Origin: Eledone cirrhosa
Lineage: Eukaryota
Direction of reading: 5' to 3'
Assembly (NCBI GenBank): GCA_964016885.1
Contig: OZ024742.1
Span: 149,234,001-149,298,000, forward strand
DNA length: 64,000 bases
Shown here: one piece after another, positions 24,259 to 38,559 of the stretch
How positions within the stretch are numbered: the stretch's first letter is position 1
Layout: each line of letters opens with the position of its first letter
Notes under the pieces: generated by a model
The model's input: only the letters and a program-made list of their open reading frames with translations
Told to the model about the DNA's origin: nothing
Database searches by the model: none
Position numbers and translations under genes: made by a program

Positions 24259-25577
24259 TATTATTCCACCTTCATATACTAATTCTTAAAAAAAGAAAGA
24301 ATGAAGGCAAAAGGTTGTGTTTGGTGGTAGATTATTTTCTTTATAAGATGTGTGTGTATTATTTGGTGTCGTGTTTATTGGTTTCTATGTCTGAGCGTTC
24401 ATTTAAACGGTTTCATGTGTATTTATATCGGGTCATCAAGATTGAAATTTGTAGAAATTGCTAGGAAAAAAAAACCAAATTTCTACAAATTTCATACTTG
24501 ACGACCCAATATTTATGTATGTATCTCTGTTTGTTAAAACATATATGCATGTGTTTGTTAGGATGAAATAATTTATTTCAGTGATATTTATTTGAGTTGT
24601 AAGACGCATGTTTTCATTAACGGTTGTAACTGTATATTTCTGTGTCTGTCTGTTCATTAAAATAGTTTGATATGTATGAGTGTTTGTTGAAACATGTATA
24701 TTTGTCTGATGAAACAGCTTCGTATGTGTCTGCTTGCCTACTTTTTGAAACATTTTGATTATAGTGGATATGTGAATTTATTAAATTATGTTTATTTGTA
24801 AGGTTTTGAAAACGAGCTATTTTAAGGGTAGATAATCCACTCTATAAAATTACTCTATGTTCATTTATTGGGAAATGGCCAGCATGAGACCATGGTTTTT
24901 GAGAAATAATAATACACGTCACATTATTCAGCTAAAGCGTCAATTTATACACACTCAAGTGGTCTGGAAAAGTTATCAAACCCGAAACACAAAACTAAAA
25001 CTTTAAATAAGCACAAAGAATTAATTTTCTCATACCTCCGCATTCGGAGGTACCTCTTTAAACATAATAATTACATTCCAACAGGAGTAACATGAACAAA
25101 ACATATTTTATCAAGCATTCCCAAATAATATTTCATGCTGTAATTAGTAATAATTGTTTCTACTTTTGGCACAAGGCCAGCAATTATCCCAGTGCATTAC
25201 TGGTACTTTATTTTATCGACCCCGTAAGGATGAAAGGCAAAGTTAACCTCGGCGGGATTTGAACTCAGATCATAAAGGGAGGTAACTCTATGCTTCAAAG
25301 CATGGCGTCCGACCCTTACCGATACTGCCAATCCACCACCCTTAGTAATAACGTCAGCTTAGCAATCTTACCTTTCCTAAATAAATTAGATTATTTACAT
25401 CAAAGATAGTTCGTTCTCAAAAAACACAAAAGGAAAGTATTTCAATATAAAAAAAAAAAATACATTCACACAATCACTGCCATCTGCTTCAACAAACACG
25501 CAGATACATACGTATAGGAAGCCTTTCAACACACACACAAATAAAAATCAAAAGCCATATAAGTATACACACGTGTA

Positions 25578-26104
25578 CAGTTGTCCCCCGGTATTCGCGG
25601 GTGTTACGTACCTAGAGCACCCGCGAAGACGAAGAGTGAAAAACTGCGAATATTGGACGTGGTCCATAAAAAAGCCGATAAACGTCAAAACAACGTAAAA
25701 TCTAGACCGGCAAATACCTTATAATGTTATTAATAATTTAGCGTTGAAAAGCGTGAACAAATATATTGCCACGAAAAAAAAACATTAAAAAGTCGTGGAA
25801 GATATTTTCGATTCCGCGAATGGTTTCCACGAACAATTATTAGATTGAATTGGCAGTATCGGTAGAGGGTTGGACGCCATGTTTTCTAGCATAGTTACGT
25901 CCCTTTTCGGTCTGAGTTCAAATCCCGCCGAGGTTAACTTTGCCTTTCATCCTTCAGGGGTCGATAAAATAAAGTACCAGTAATGTACTGGATAATTGCT
26001 GGCCCTGTGCCTAAAGTAGAAACAATTATTAGATAGGTTCTAAGAAAAATTCCGCGAACAACCGGATCAGCGAATGCCAAGACCGCGAACACCGAGGTAC
26101 ACTG
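25578..26104. mobile_element. pogo/Tigger-like MITE
   Basis: TA|CAGTTGTCCCCCGGTATTCGCG ... CGCGAACACCGAGGTACACTG imperfect TIRs; SINE nested inside. Confidence 0.7.
25845..26032 (+). mobile_element. tRNA-derived SINE, family A (representative copy, nested in a MITE)
   Basis: A-box-like TGGCAGTATCGG, B box GAGTTCAAATCC, core TTGCCTTTCATCCTT..GGTCGATAAAATAAAGTACCAG and (ATT)n tail. Other copies at ~24-215, 3080-3265, 18825-19030, 25150-25345, 42070-42200, 43060-43185, 45425-45532 and 45885-46080. Confidence 0.85.
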
Positions 26105-26494
26105 TTCATCAAAACGCTTAAACGAGTATAGAGAAACATGTAGCTATTTTTCTCCTTGACACTATCCAGGTTTTGCTCTAGCCTTATCTCCGTTTCAATA
26201 TCTCTTTTCTCTCTATATATTCTAACTCAAACTCTTTAACTCTCCCAAATTCTGATTTAAAAACAAACAAACCTTTCTCCGTCTCTCTTCCTCTCTTCCT
26301 CTTTACAGCTCTCTAATCCTTTTTCCCCAGCTACCCAACAACTTGTTTCTTGTTTCTTCTTGTCTTACCTTACAAACCTATACTACTCTCCTGCCATGTT
26401 TTTCTTATTCTTTATCTCCGCTCTCTTTTCTCCCTTCCACATTTGTTCATCGTTTAACTTCCAAAAGTCATATTGAGTTTTTCCATTCCATACC

Positions 26495-26578
<84 letters not shown>

Positions 26579-26594
26579 AACTTCCTGTGTGGTA

Positions 26595-27310
26595 AATAAA
26601 TATATACAAATACACCAGGTCTGATCACAATAGAATCAAATTCCCACTGTCACTGCCTCCTTTCCTGCTCTCCCCATCTCTCACTATTATGAACAAATTG
26701 GGGCCAACGAGTTGGCCGCCCAGAGGGCTCCGGCAGACAGAGAAGGCGTTTCCCCGGAGGATGGTGAAGGGGACACGCTGGAGGAGCCATTCCAGCTTGC
26801 GAGACTCACACCTGCGGGTATCAAACTCTGTGCAGGCGATGTTGAGTAGGGAGATGGCCCTAGGGCTGAGGACACCAGAAGTCTCCACTGCCACAGGCTC
26901 GACCGCAAACCTGTCGGAGAGCGACCGATATTTGGAGAGTTTACCCATTCTCGACTCGAAGTGCAGCAGAGCTTGGGTTAGTCGCAGACTGCACAATGTT
27001 GCCGCTGAAGAATGTGTCGCTGTATGTGCCATCTCAGATGAGGGGTTTACCACCGCGGAACAGGAATATAGTCATGCCGTCTGGCCCTTTCGCTGTCCTC
27101 TCGGTCCCGCCGCGCCGGCTCAAGCTGGGAGGGAAAGCCTGCTACATCCAAACCAGACTTTATGACCTCGTTGAGAGCAGCATGGACGGCACTGTAGTTA
27201 CAGAACAGCGGGTGGATGCCGAAAGAGTTTACGGAGGAACCGCAGCGACATTTGTGAAGCTTACATATCAGGAGGCCGAGCCTCAGGGAAACCCCGATGT
27301 TTTTTTTCTC
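26595..27310 (-). mobile_element. CRE-like non-LTR retrotransposon 3' fragment
   Basis: CKLHKCRCG..GIHPLFC..HAALNEVIK and KYRSLSDRFAVEPVAVETSGVL..WLLQRVPFTILRGNA. Its 3' UTR recurs at ~20250-20352. Confidence 0.78.
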
Positions 27311-28084
27311 ATAGTCTTTTTGTGACAACCATTCAAACCACCTCTTTCCATTTGTCTCGTTTTGCTTCTCACACACTCACTGTCTTTCTCCGGAACCACT
27401 GAATCCCAGTTTAACTTTCTCTTCTGCTCTCTCTCTCTCTCTCTCTGTGTTTCTAACATATACTTTGCTCCTCTCTCTCCCTTTCCTCCCCCTCTCTCTA
27501 CTCCTCTCTCTCTTCTTCTCTCTACTATTCCTCTTTCTCTCCTACTCCTCTCTCACCTCCCCCTCCTCTCTCCCTATTCCTCTCTCCCCCTCTCTTCTTC
27601 TCTCTCCTATTCCTCTTTCTCTCCTACTCCTCTCTCACTTCCCCCTCTTCCTCCTATCTCCTCTCCCCCCCTCCTCTCTCCCTACTCATCTCTCACACTC
27701 TCTCTCTATCTCTCTGTAATTTCCATACACTTTGTCTTTCCTTCACAGATAGGTCTCCCTATTTCTCTTTACATTATTTTCAGAGATTGACAAAAAAACA
27801 AAAAAACAAAAAAAAAAAACAGAAAGAGGTACGGATATGGTTACTTTTTCTTTTATTACACAAACAACACGCTTATTCTTCTTCTTCTTCCAAAGCTTTT
27901 TATGCATGAAGCACATTCCACCCCCCTTCCCACCCCCACCCCCAACAATCAAAAGAAAAAGAAATAATAGGAACAAAAGAAAGAAAATAACTTAATAAAA
28001 AGAGAAAAAAAAAAAGAAAAGAGATTTGTTAAAAAGAAAACTGACAGAAATATTGAGTCACTTCCGCCAAACAATGCAACGAAG

Positions 28085-31000
28085 GTGTGTATGGTGTATG
28101 GTGTATGGTGTGTGGTGTATGGTGTATGGTGTGTGGTGTATGGTGTGTGGTGTATGGTGTGTGGTGTATGGTGTGTGGTGTATGGTGTGTGGTGTATGGT
28201 GTCTATGGTGTATGGTGTGTGGTGTATGGTGTGTGGTGTATGGTGTCTATGGTGTATGGTGTATGGTGTATGGTGTATGGTGTATGGTGTGTGGTGTGTG
28301 GTGTATGGTGTATGGTGTGTGGTGTGTGGTGTATGGTGTATGGTGTATGGTGTGTGGTGTATGGTGTGTGGTGTATGGTGTATAGTGTGTGGTGTGTGGT
28401 GTATGGTGTGTGGTGTATGGTGTATGGTGTGTGGTGTATGGTGTATGGTGTGTGGTGTATGGTGTATGGTGTATGGTGTATAGTGTGTGGTGTGTGGTGT
28501 ATGGTGTGTGGTGTATGGTGTATGGTGTGTGGTGTATGGTGTGTGGTGTATGGTGTATGGTGTATGGTGTATGGTGTGTGGTGTGTGGTGTATGGTGTGT
28601 GGTGTACGGTGTATGGTGTATGGTGTATGGTGTGTGGTGTATGGTGTATGGTGTGTGGTGTGTGGTGTATGGTGTGTGGTGTGTGGTGTATGGTGTATGG
28701 TGTATGGTGTGTGGTGTGTGGTGTATGGTGTATGGTGTATGGTGTATGGTGTGTGGTGTATGGTGTGTGGTGTATGGTGTATAGTGTGTGGTGTGTGGTG
28801 TATGGTGTGTGGTGTATGGTGTATGGTGTGTGGTGTATGGTGTATGGTGTGTGGTGTATGGTGTATGGTGTATGGTGTATAGTGTGTGGTGTGTGGTGTG
28901 TGGTGTATGGTGTATGGTGTATGGTGTGTGGTGTATGGTGTGTGGTGTATGGTGTGTGGTGTGTGGTGCATGGTGTATGGTGTGTGGTGTATGGTGTGTG
29001 GTGTGTGGTGTATGGTGTGTGGTGTATGGTGTATGGTGTGTGGTGTGTGGTGTGTGGTGTATGGTGTGTGGTGTATGGTGTATGGTGTGTGGTGTATGGT
29101 GTATGGTGTGTGGTGTATGGTGTGTGGTGTGTGGTGTATGGTGTGTGGTGTATGGTGTGTGGTGTATGGTGTATGGTGTGTGGTGTGTGGTGTGTGGTGT
29201 ATGGTGTATGGTGTATGGTGTATGGTGTGTGGTGTGTGGTGTATGGTGTGTGGTGTGTGGTGTGTGGTGTATGGTGTGTGGTGTGTGGTGTATGGTGTAT
29301 GGTGTATGGTGTGTGGTGTATGGTGTATGGTGTATGGTGTACGGTGTATGGTGTATGGTGTATGGTGTGTGGTGTGTGGTGTATGGTGTGTGGTGTGTGG
29401 TGTATGGTGTATGGTGTATGGTGTGTGGTGTGTGGTGTATGGTGTGTGGTGTATGGTGTATGGTGTATGGTGTATGGTGTGTGGTGTGTGGTGTATGGTG
29501 TGTGGTGTATGGTGTATGGTGTATGGTGTGTGGTGTATGGTGTGTGGTGTGTGGTGTATGGTGTGTGGTGTGTGGTGTATGGTGTATGGTGTGTGGTGTA
29601 TGGTGTATGGTGTGTGGTGTATGGTGTATGGTGTGTGGTGTATGGTGTGTGGTGTGTGGTGTATGGTGTATGGTGTGTGGTGTATGGTGTATGGTGTGTG
29701 GTGTGTGGTGTATGGTGTGTGGTGTATGGTGTATGGTGTATGGTGTGTGGTGTATGGTGTGTGGTGTGTGGTGTATGGTGTATGGTGTATGGTGTGTGGT
29801 GTATGGTGTATGGTGTATGGTGTACGGTGTATGGTGTATGGTGTATGGTGTGTGGTGTATGGTGTATGGTGTGTGGTGTGTGGTGTATGGTGTGTGGTGT
29901 ACGGTGTATGGTGTATGGTGTATGGTGTGTGGTGTATGGTGTATGGTGTGTGGTGTGTGGTGTATGGTGTGTGGTGTACGGTGTATGGTGTATGGTGTAT
30001 GGTGTGTGGTGTGTGGTGTATGGTGTGTGGTGTGTGGTGTATGGTGTGTGGTGTATGGTGTATGGTGTATGGTGTATGGTGTATGGTGTATGGTGTACGG
30101 TGTATGGTGTATGGTGTATGGTGTGTGGTGTATGGTGTATGGTGTGTGGTGTGTGGTGTGTGGTGTATGGTGTGTGGTGTGTGGTGTATGGTGTATGGTG
30201 TATGGTGTGTGGTGTATGGTGTATGGTGTATGGTGTACGGTGTATGGTGTATGGTGTATGGTGTGTGGTGTGTGGTGTATGGTGTGTGGTGTACGGTGTA
30301 TGGTGTATGGTGTATGGTGTGTGGTGTATGGTGTATGGTGTGTGGTGTGTGGTGTATGGTGTGTGGTGTACGGTGTATGGTGTATGGTGTATGGTGTGTG
30401 GTGTGTGGTGTATGGTGTGTGGTGTGTGGTGTATGGTGTGTGGTGTATGGTGTATGGTGTATGGTGTATGGTGTGTGGTGTGTGGTGTATGGTGTATGGT
30501 GTGTGGTGTATGGTGTATGGTGTGTGGTGTATGGTGTATGGTGTGTGGTGTATGGTGTATGGTGTATGGTGTATGGTGTGTGGTGTATGGTGTGTGGTGT
30601 ATGGTGTATGGTGTGTGGTGTATGGTGTATGGTGTATGGTGTGTGGTGTATGGTGTATGTGGTGTATGGTGTATGGTGTGTGGTGTGTGGTGTGTGGTGT
30701 ATGGTGTGTGGTGTGTGGTGTATGGTGTGTGGTGTATGGTGTGTGGTGTGTGGTGTATGGTGTGTGGTGTGTGGTGTATGGTGTATGGTGTGTGGTGTGT
30801 GGTGTATGGTGTATGGTGTATGGTGTGTGGTGTGTGGTGTATGGTGTGTGGTGTGTGGTGTATGGTGTATGGTGTATGGTGTGTGGTGTGTGGTGTATGG
30901 TGTATGGTGTGTGGTGTATGGTGTATGGTGTATGGTGTGTGGTGTATGGTGTGTGGTGTGTGGTGTGTGGTGTATGGTGTGTGGTGTATGGTGTATGGTG

Positions 31001-34000
31001 TATGGTGTATGGTGTATGGTGTGTGGTGTGTGGTGTATGGTGTGTGGTGTGTGGTGTATGGTGTGTGGTGTGTGGTGTGTGGTGTATGGTGTATGTGGTG
31101 TATGGTGTATGGTGTGTGGTGTGTGGTGTGTGGTGTATGGTGTGTGGTGTGTGGTGTATGGTGTGTGGTGTATGGTGTGTGGTGTGTGGTGTATGGTGTA
31201 TGGTGTATGGTGTGTGGTGTGTGGTGTATGGTGTGTGGTGTATGGTGTATGGTGTGTGGTGTGTGGTGTGTGGTGTATGGTGTATGGTGTGTGGTGTATG
31301 GTGTGTGGTGTGTGGTGTATGTGGTGTATGGTGTATGGTGTGTGGTGTGTGGTGTGTGGTGTATGGTGTGTGGTGTGTGGTGTATGGTGTGTGGTGTATG
31401 GTGTGTGGTGTGTGGTGTATGGTGTATGGTGTATGGTGTGTGGTGTGTGGTGTATGGTGTGTGGTGTATGGTGTATGGTGTGTGGTGTGTGGTGTGTGGT
31501 GTATGGTGTATGGTGTGTGGTGTATGGTGTGTGGTGTGTGGTGTATGGTGTGTGGTGTGTGGTGTATGGTGTGTGGTGTATGGTGTATGGTGTGTGGTGT
31601 GTGGTGTGTGGTGTATGGTGTGTGGTGTATGGTGTATGGTGTATGGTGTGTGGTGTGTGGTGTATGGTGTGTGGTGTATGGTGTATGGTGTATGGTGTAT
31701 GGTGTGTGGTGTGTGGTGTATGGTGTGTGGTGTATGGTGTATGGTGTATGGTGTGTGGTGTGTGGTGTGTGGTGTATGGTGTGTGGTGTGTGGTGTATGG
31801 TGTATGGTGTGTGGTGTGTGGTGTGTGGTGTATGGTGTGTGGTGTGTGGTGTATGGTGTATGGTGTATGGTGTATGGTGTGTGGTGTGTGGTGTGTGGTG
31901 TATAGTGTATGGTGTGTGGTGTATGGTGTGTGGTGTGTGGTGTATGGTGTGTGGTGTGTGGTGTATGGTGTGTGGTGTATGGTGTATGGTGTGTGGTGTG
32001 TGGTGTGTGGTGTATGGTGTGTGGTGTGTGGTGTATGGTGTATGGTGTGTGGTGTATGGTGTGTGGTGTATGGTGTGTGGTGTATGGTGTATGGTGTGTG
32101 GTGTATGGTATGTGGTGTATGGTGTATGGTGTTTGGTGTGTGGTGTATGGTGTGTGGTGTATGGTGTATGGTGTGTGGTGTATGGTGTGTGGTGTGTGGT
32201 GTATGGTGTGTGGTGTATGGTGTGTGGTGTATGGTGTATGGTGTGTGGTGTGTGGTGAATGGTGTATGGTGTATGGTGTATGGTGTGTGGTGTGTGGTGA
32301 ATGGTGTATGGTGTATGGTGTATGGTGTGTGGTGTGTGGTGAATGGTGTATGGTGTATGGTGTGTGGTGTATGGTGTGTGGTGTATGGTGTATGGTGTGT
32401 GGTGTGTGGTGAATGGTGTATGGTGTATGGTGTATGGTGTATGGTGTATGGTGTGTGGTGTGTGGTGTATGGTGTATGGTGTGTGGTGTATGGTGTGTGG
32501 TGTATGGTGTGTGGTGTATGGTGTATGGTGTGTGGTGTATGGTATGTGGTGTATGGTGTATGGTGTTTGGTGTGTGGTGTATGGTGTGTGGTGTATGGTG
32601 TATGGTGTGTGGTGTATGGTGTGTGGTGTGTGGTGTATGGTGTGTGGTGTATGGTGTGTGGTGTATGGTGTATGGTGTGTGGTGTATGGTGTGTGGTGTG
32701 TGGTGAATGGTGTATGGTGTATGGTGTGTGGTGTATGGTGTGTGGTGTATGGTGTATGGTGTGTGGTGTGTGGTGAATGGTGTATGGTGTATGGTGTATG
32801 GTGTATGGTGTATGGTGTGTGGTGTGTGGTGTATGGTGTATGGTGTGTGGTGTATGGTGTGTGGTGTATGGTGTATGGTGTGTGGTGTATGGTGTGTGGT
32901 GTATGGTGTATGGTGTGTGGTGTGTGGTGTATGGTGTGTGGTGTATGGTGTATGGTGTGTGGTGTATGGTGTGTTGTGTATGGTGTGTGGTGTATGATGT
33001 ATGGTGTATGGTGTATGGTGTGTGGTATATGGTATGTGGTGTATGGTGTATGGTGTATGGTGTATGGTGTATGGTGTGTGGTGTATGGTGTATGGTGTAT
33101 GGTGTGTGGTGTATGGTGTGTGGTGTGTGGTGTATGGTGTGTGGTGTGTGGTGTATGGTGTGTGGTGTGTGGTGTATGGTGTATGGTGTATGGTGTGTGG
33201 TGTATGGTGTGTGGTGTGTGGTGTATGGTGTGTGGTGTATGGTGTGTGGTGTGTGGTGTATGGTGTGTGGTGTATGGTGTGTGGTGTGTGGTGTATGGTG
33301 TGTGGTGTATGGTGTGTGGTGTATGGTGTATGGTGTGTGGTGTATGGTGTGTGGTGTATGGTGTATGGTGTATGGTGTGTGGTGTATGGTGTATGGTGTA
33401 TGGTGTATGGTGTGTGGTGTGTGGTGTATGGTGTATGGTGTGTGGTGTATGGTGTGTGGTGTATGGTGTATGGTGTGTGGTGTATGGTGTGTGGTGTGTG
33501 GTGTATGGTGTGTGGTGTATGGTGTGTGGTGTATGGTGTATGGTGTGTGGTGTATGGTGTGTGGTGTGTGGTGTATGGTGTGTGGTGTATGGTGTATGGT
33601 GTGTGGTGTATGGTGTGTGGTGTGTGGTGTATGGTGTGTGGTGTGTGGTGTATGGTGTGTGGTGTGTGGTGTATGGTGTGTGGTGTATGGTGTGTGGTGT
33701 ATGGTGTGTGGTGTGTGGTGTATGGTGTGTGGTGTATGGTGTGTGGTGTATGGTGTATGGTGTGTGGTGTATGGTGTGTGGTGTGTGGTGTATGGTGTGT
33801 GGTGTATGGTGTGTGGTGTGTGGTGTATGGTGTGTGGTGTATGGTGTGTGGTGTATGGTGTATGGTGTGTGGTGTATGGTGTGTGGTGTGTGGTGTATGG
33901 TGTGTGGTGTATGGTGTGTGGTGTGTGGTGTATGGTGTGTGGTGTATGGTGTGTGGTGTATGGTGTATGGTGTGTGGTGTATGGTGTGTGGTGTGTGGTG

Positions 34001-35135
34001 TATGGTGTGTGGTGTATGGTGTATGGTGTGTGGTGTATGGTGTGTGGTGTGTGGTGTATGGTGTGTGGTGTATGGTGTGTGGTGTGTGGTGTATGGTGTG
34101 TGGTGTGTGGTGTATGGTGTGTGGTGTATGGTGTATGGTGTGTGGTGTATGGTGTGTGGTGTATGGTGTATGGTGTGTGGTGTGTGGTGTATGGTGTGTG
34201 GTGTGTGGTGTATGGTGTGTGGTGTATGGTGTGTGGTGTGTGGTGTATGGTGTGTGGTGTATGGTGTGTGGTGTATGGTGTATGGTGTGTGGTGTATGGT
34301 GTGTGGTGTGTGGTGTATGGTGTGTGGTGTATGGTGTGTGGTGTATGGTGTGTGGTGTGTGGTGTATGGTGTGTGGTGTGTGGTGTATGGTGTGTGGTGT
34401 ATGGTGTGTGGTGTGTGGTGTATGGTGTGTGGTGTGTGGTGTATGGTGTGTGGTGTGTGGTGTATGGTGTGTGGTGTATGGTGTGTGGTGTGTGGTGTAT
34501 GGTGTGTGGTGTATGGTGTGTGGTGTATGGTGTGTGGTGTGTGGTGTATGGTGTGTGGTGTGTGGTGTATGGTGTGTGGTGTATGGTGTGTGGTGTGTGG
34601 TGTATGGTGTGTGGTGTATGGTGTGTGGTGTATGGTGTGTGGTGTGTGGTGTATGGTGTGTGGTGTATGGTGTATGGTGTGTGGTGTATGGTGTGTGGTG
34701 TGTGGTGTATGGTGTGTGGTGTGTGGTGTATGGTGTGTGGTGTATGGTGTATGGTGTGTGGTGTATGGTGTGTGGTGTGTGGTGTATGGTGTGTGGTGTG
34801 TGGTGTATGGTGTGTGGTGTGTGGTGTATGGTGTGTGGTGTATGGTGTGTGGTGTGTGGTGTATGGTGTGTGGTGTATGGTGTGTGGTGTGTGGTGTATG
34901 GTGTATGGTGTGTGGTGTATGGTGTGTGGTGTATGGTGTGTGGTGTATGGTGTGTGGTGTATGGTGTATGGTGTGTGGTGTATGGTGTGTGGTGTGTGGT
35001 GTATGGTGTATGGTGTATGGTGTGTGGTGTGTGGTGTATGGTGTGTGGTGTATGGTGTGTGGTGTATGGTGTATGGTGTGTGGTGTATGGTGTGTGGTGT
35101 GTGGTGTATGGTGTGTGGTGTATGGTGTGTGGTGT
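28085..35135. repeat. 7-bp satellite (TATGGTG/TGTGGTG)n, ~7 kb
   Basis: Near-continuous array of two alternating heptamers with rare marker variants. Confidence 0.98.
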
Positions 35136-35221
35136 GTTGCTCCTGCTGTTGCTGCCGTTGTTGTTGTTGCTGTTGTTGCTCCTGCTGTTTCTGCTGTTGT
35201 TGTTGTTGCTGCTGTCGCTAC

Positions 35222-35256
<35 letters not shown>

Positions 35257-35263
35257 TTGCTCC

Positions 35264-35310
<47 letters not shown>

Positions 35311-36037
35311 TTGCTCCTGCTGTTGCTGCTGTTGCTGTTGTTGCTGTCGTTGCTCCTGCTGTTTCTGCTGTTGTTGTTGTTGCTGCTGTCGCTACTGTTG
35401 TTGCTGCTGTTGTTGTTGTTGCTGCTGTTATTGTTGTTGCTGCTGTTGTTGTTGTTGCTGCTGTTATTGTTGTTGCTGCTGTTATTGTTGTTGCTGCTGT
35501 TGCTGTCGATCGTTGCTGCTGTTGTTACTGTGGTTGCTACTGCTGTTGCTGTTGCTGCTGTTGTTGCTGTTGTTGCTGTCGTTGCTGCAGCTGTTGTTGT
35601 TGTTGCTGTTGTTGCTACTGCTGCTGCTGTTGTTGTTGTTGCTGCTGTCGCTACTGCTGTTGCTGCCGTTGCTGTCGTTGCTGTTGTTGTTGCTACAGAC
35701 TTTGCTGCTGTTGCTGTCGTTGCTGCTGTTGTTGTTGCTGCTGTTATTGTTGTTGCTGCTGTTGTTGTTGTTGTTGCTGTTATTGTTGTTGCTGCTGTTG
35801 CTGTCGAACGTTGCTGCTGTTGTTGTTGATGCTGCTGTTGTTGCTGTTGTTGCTGTTGTTGTTGTTGTCGCTCTTGTTGCTGTTGTTGCTGTTGTTGTTG
35901 TTGTCGCTCTTGTTGCTGCTAGAGACGTTGCTGCTGTTGCTGTTGTTGCTGCTGTTGTTGTTGTTGCAGTTATTGTTGCTGCTGCTGTTGTTGTTGTTGC
36001 AGTTGTTGTTGTTGTTGTTGTTGCTGCTGTTGTTATT
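35136..36037. repeat. Compound trinucleotide repeat (GTT/GCT)n
   Basis: Abuts the 7-bp satellite directly and contains internal block duplications. Confidence 0.95.
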
Positions 36038-36088
36038 TCTACTTTTGAAGTATATTATACTCAAGCCACTAAAAGTGATAAAATGACT

Positions 36089-36166
<78 letters not shown>

Positions 36167-36190
36167 TAGAGGTGTGACACACGAGTTGTG

Positions 36191-36573
36191 ATATATTAGT
36201 AAAAAGGAAAAAGAAAATGCTGACAAATTTTTCCCAGTGAAAAATAGTTGAATTAGGAATAAGCATAAATTAGTAATAAGTATTAGTTAGTATTCAGTTT
36301 TAGTTTTAAGTTTTTACCGGTTGCGCATTTCTTATGCTTTTCAAAAATAATTTTGAGATAGAGTGCTCGTGGTTTTTGCTCTAATCTGATTAGAGCAAAA
36401 ACCACGAGCACTCTATCTCAAAATTATTTTTGAAAAGCATAAGAAATGCGCAACCGGTAAAAACTTAAAACTAAAACTGAATACTAACTAATACTTATTA
36501 CTAATTTATGCTTATTCCTAATTAAACTATTTTTCACTGGGAAAAATTTGTCAGCATTTTCTTTTCCTTTTTA

Positions 36574-36582
<9 letters not shown>
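36191..36582. repeat. Near-perfect ~390 bp palindrome between (TA)n tracts
   Basis: Centre CTAATC-T-GATTAG at 36387; I see two differences between the arms. Confidence 0.95.
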
Positions 36583-36628
<46 letters not shown>

Positions 36629-36850
36629 ATACTCTTTGGGAGGGTCATGTTGCCAATAAGAAACACACGCACCAGTTGCTTTCACTTCAATTTATTATAA
36701 TAAATTTATAAATCTATTATAATAAATTGAAGTGAAAGCAACTGGTGCGTGTGTTTCTTATTGGCAACATGACCCTCCCAAAGTATAACAATATCGGTTT
36801 TAACACACGTTTTCAGATAAAGAATCTTGCTAAACAAATTCAGAAACGAA

Positions 36851-36979
<129 letters not shown>

Positions 36980-37215
36980 AGTAATGCTACTTACTACAGG
37001 TGATACTCGTTTCACCACTGAATACATTTACGTGAATTGGATATTCAATATTTAAAAGTGGGGATTTATATCGATCGTCATGTTTGTTATTGGCTTAATC
37101 AAGATTGAGAAATCATAGTTTCCTTTCAACCGATTTTATTCGTAATCACGTGTCTCGTATATGTACGAACAAGAAAATCAAACATATCTTTGCTTCCTAG
37201 AGGAAGCATCTGTGT

Positions 37216-37374
37216 CAGTCATGGACAAACTCTGGTCCACGACCCGTATGCGGCCCGTTTGGCTTTCTAAATAGCACGCCTATTTTCAAAATTGCCTTGA
37301 AATTTTTAGCGGCCCGCCTTATGAAAAATCACATCCTATGCGACCCACTGCCCCCAAATGGTTGCCCATGTCTG
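37216..37374. mobile_element. hAT-type MITE
   Basis: TIRs CAGTCATGGACAA / TTGCCCATGTCTG, 8-bp TSD ATCTGTGT/ATCTATGT and internal GCGGCCC motifs. Confidence 0.75.
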
Positions 37375-38031
37375 ATCTATGTGGTTATCTGACCTGTAAA
37401 TAATCTTCAAGTCTGCTTGTTCAGTGATGACCTAGGGCAAAACAATAACCTTCAACGCATCTTTCTCTCTAGATCACACAAACCCTAACCCTAACCCTAA
37501 CCCTTGCACCTTATAGTTTTATAATAGCCCATCACACAAGTCGGTTGGTAGAACATCAATAAAAAGTTCGTGTTCTTGACTCACTGGAGAATTTGAGCTC
37601 ATAAATGTAAGCAAAGAAAACACTAGATAATTATACAGTTCTGAACTGTTTATCGTAGTAAACTGTTTGTGATAGCTTTCTATTTCAAGTCACAATTCAG
37701 TGGCGTTTATAGGGTGTGTATTGCTCGGGGCTGCGCTTGAGTTTGCCTCCCTCCACTTCCTATTCTACAACACATTGTACAGTGACTGTTACTTAAAGTG
37801 ACACCCCATAAAAGTGTCGCCCGGGTCGGACCGCCTACTCGTCTCCTTCTAGCTATGCTACTGACGCGGTGCAGCACCGGTGATGGCATACGAACTATAG
37901 GCTGTTTTGGGTGATAAGCTGAGAAACTGTTGACCTACCGTCAATATGCCTTTTCAGAACTATATACTTCTAGAAACATGATAACCTATCCCAGCAGCTA
38001 CCTACCTTCATTTTTCTAAAAGTCTGAAGTA

Positions 38032-38086
<55 letters not shown>

Positions 38087-38197
38087 GCCCCATTAGTTAG
38101 TATTTCTCAAGAATCCACTTTCTAATGATGCGCTTTAATACATACACACATACACACATAGACACCCCCACCTTATATATATATATAAATAAAACTT

Positions 38198-38278
<81 letters not shown>

Positions 38279-38559
38279 GTTTAGGAGAAATACTGGTTGT
38301 TTGAGTAGAACATATAGAAAATATTACCCAGCGATGATTTCGCTACACACACACGCGCGCGAGCATATGTACGTATATATTTATATAAATATATATATGT
38401 GTGTGTTTGATGGCGCATACTGTAGTGGTTATGATGCTGAACTCACGGACCAGGGGGTGCGTTGTCCTCTTGAACATGACACTTTATTTCAAGTCACTCC
38501 AATTGGAAGTCATATTATGACTGGCGGGTGTAAAATCAGTCGGCTAGAAGTTACAGACG

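Noticed and set aside
25850-25930. tRNA genes
   Set aside because: The A/B boxes belong to SINE heads; there is no complete cloverleaf.
28026-36169. ORFs of 900-1300 aa (VWCMVYG repeats, poly-L/C/V)
   Set aside because: Translations of stop-free heptamer and trinucleotide arrays, open in several frames.
37482-37503. (CCCTAA)n telomeric repeat
   Set aside because: Only about 3.5 units (a similar trace lies near 39270); too short to indicate a telomere or fusion site.
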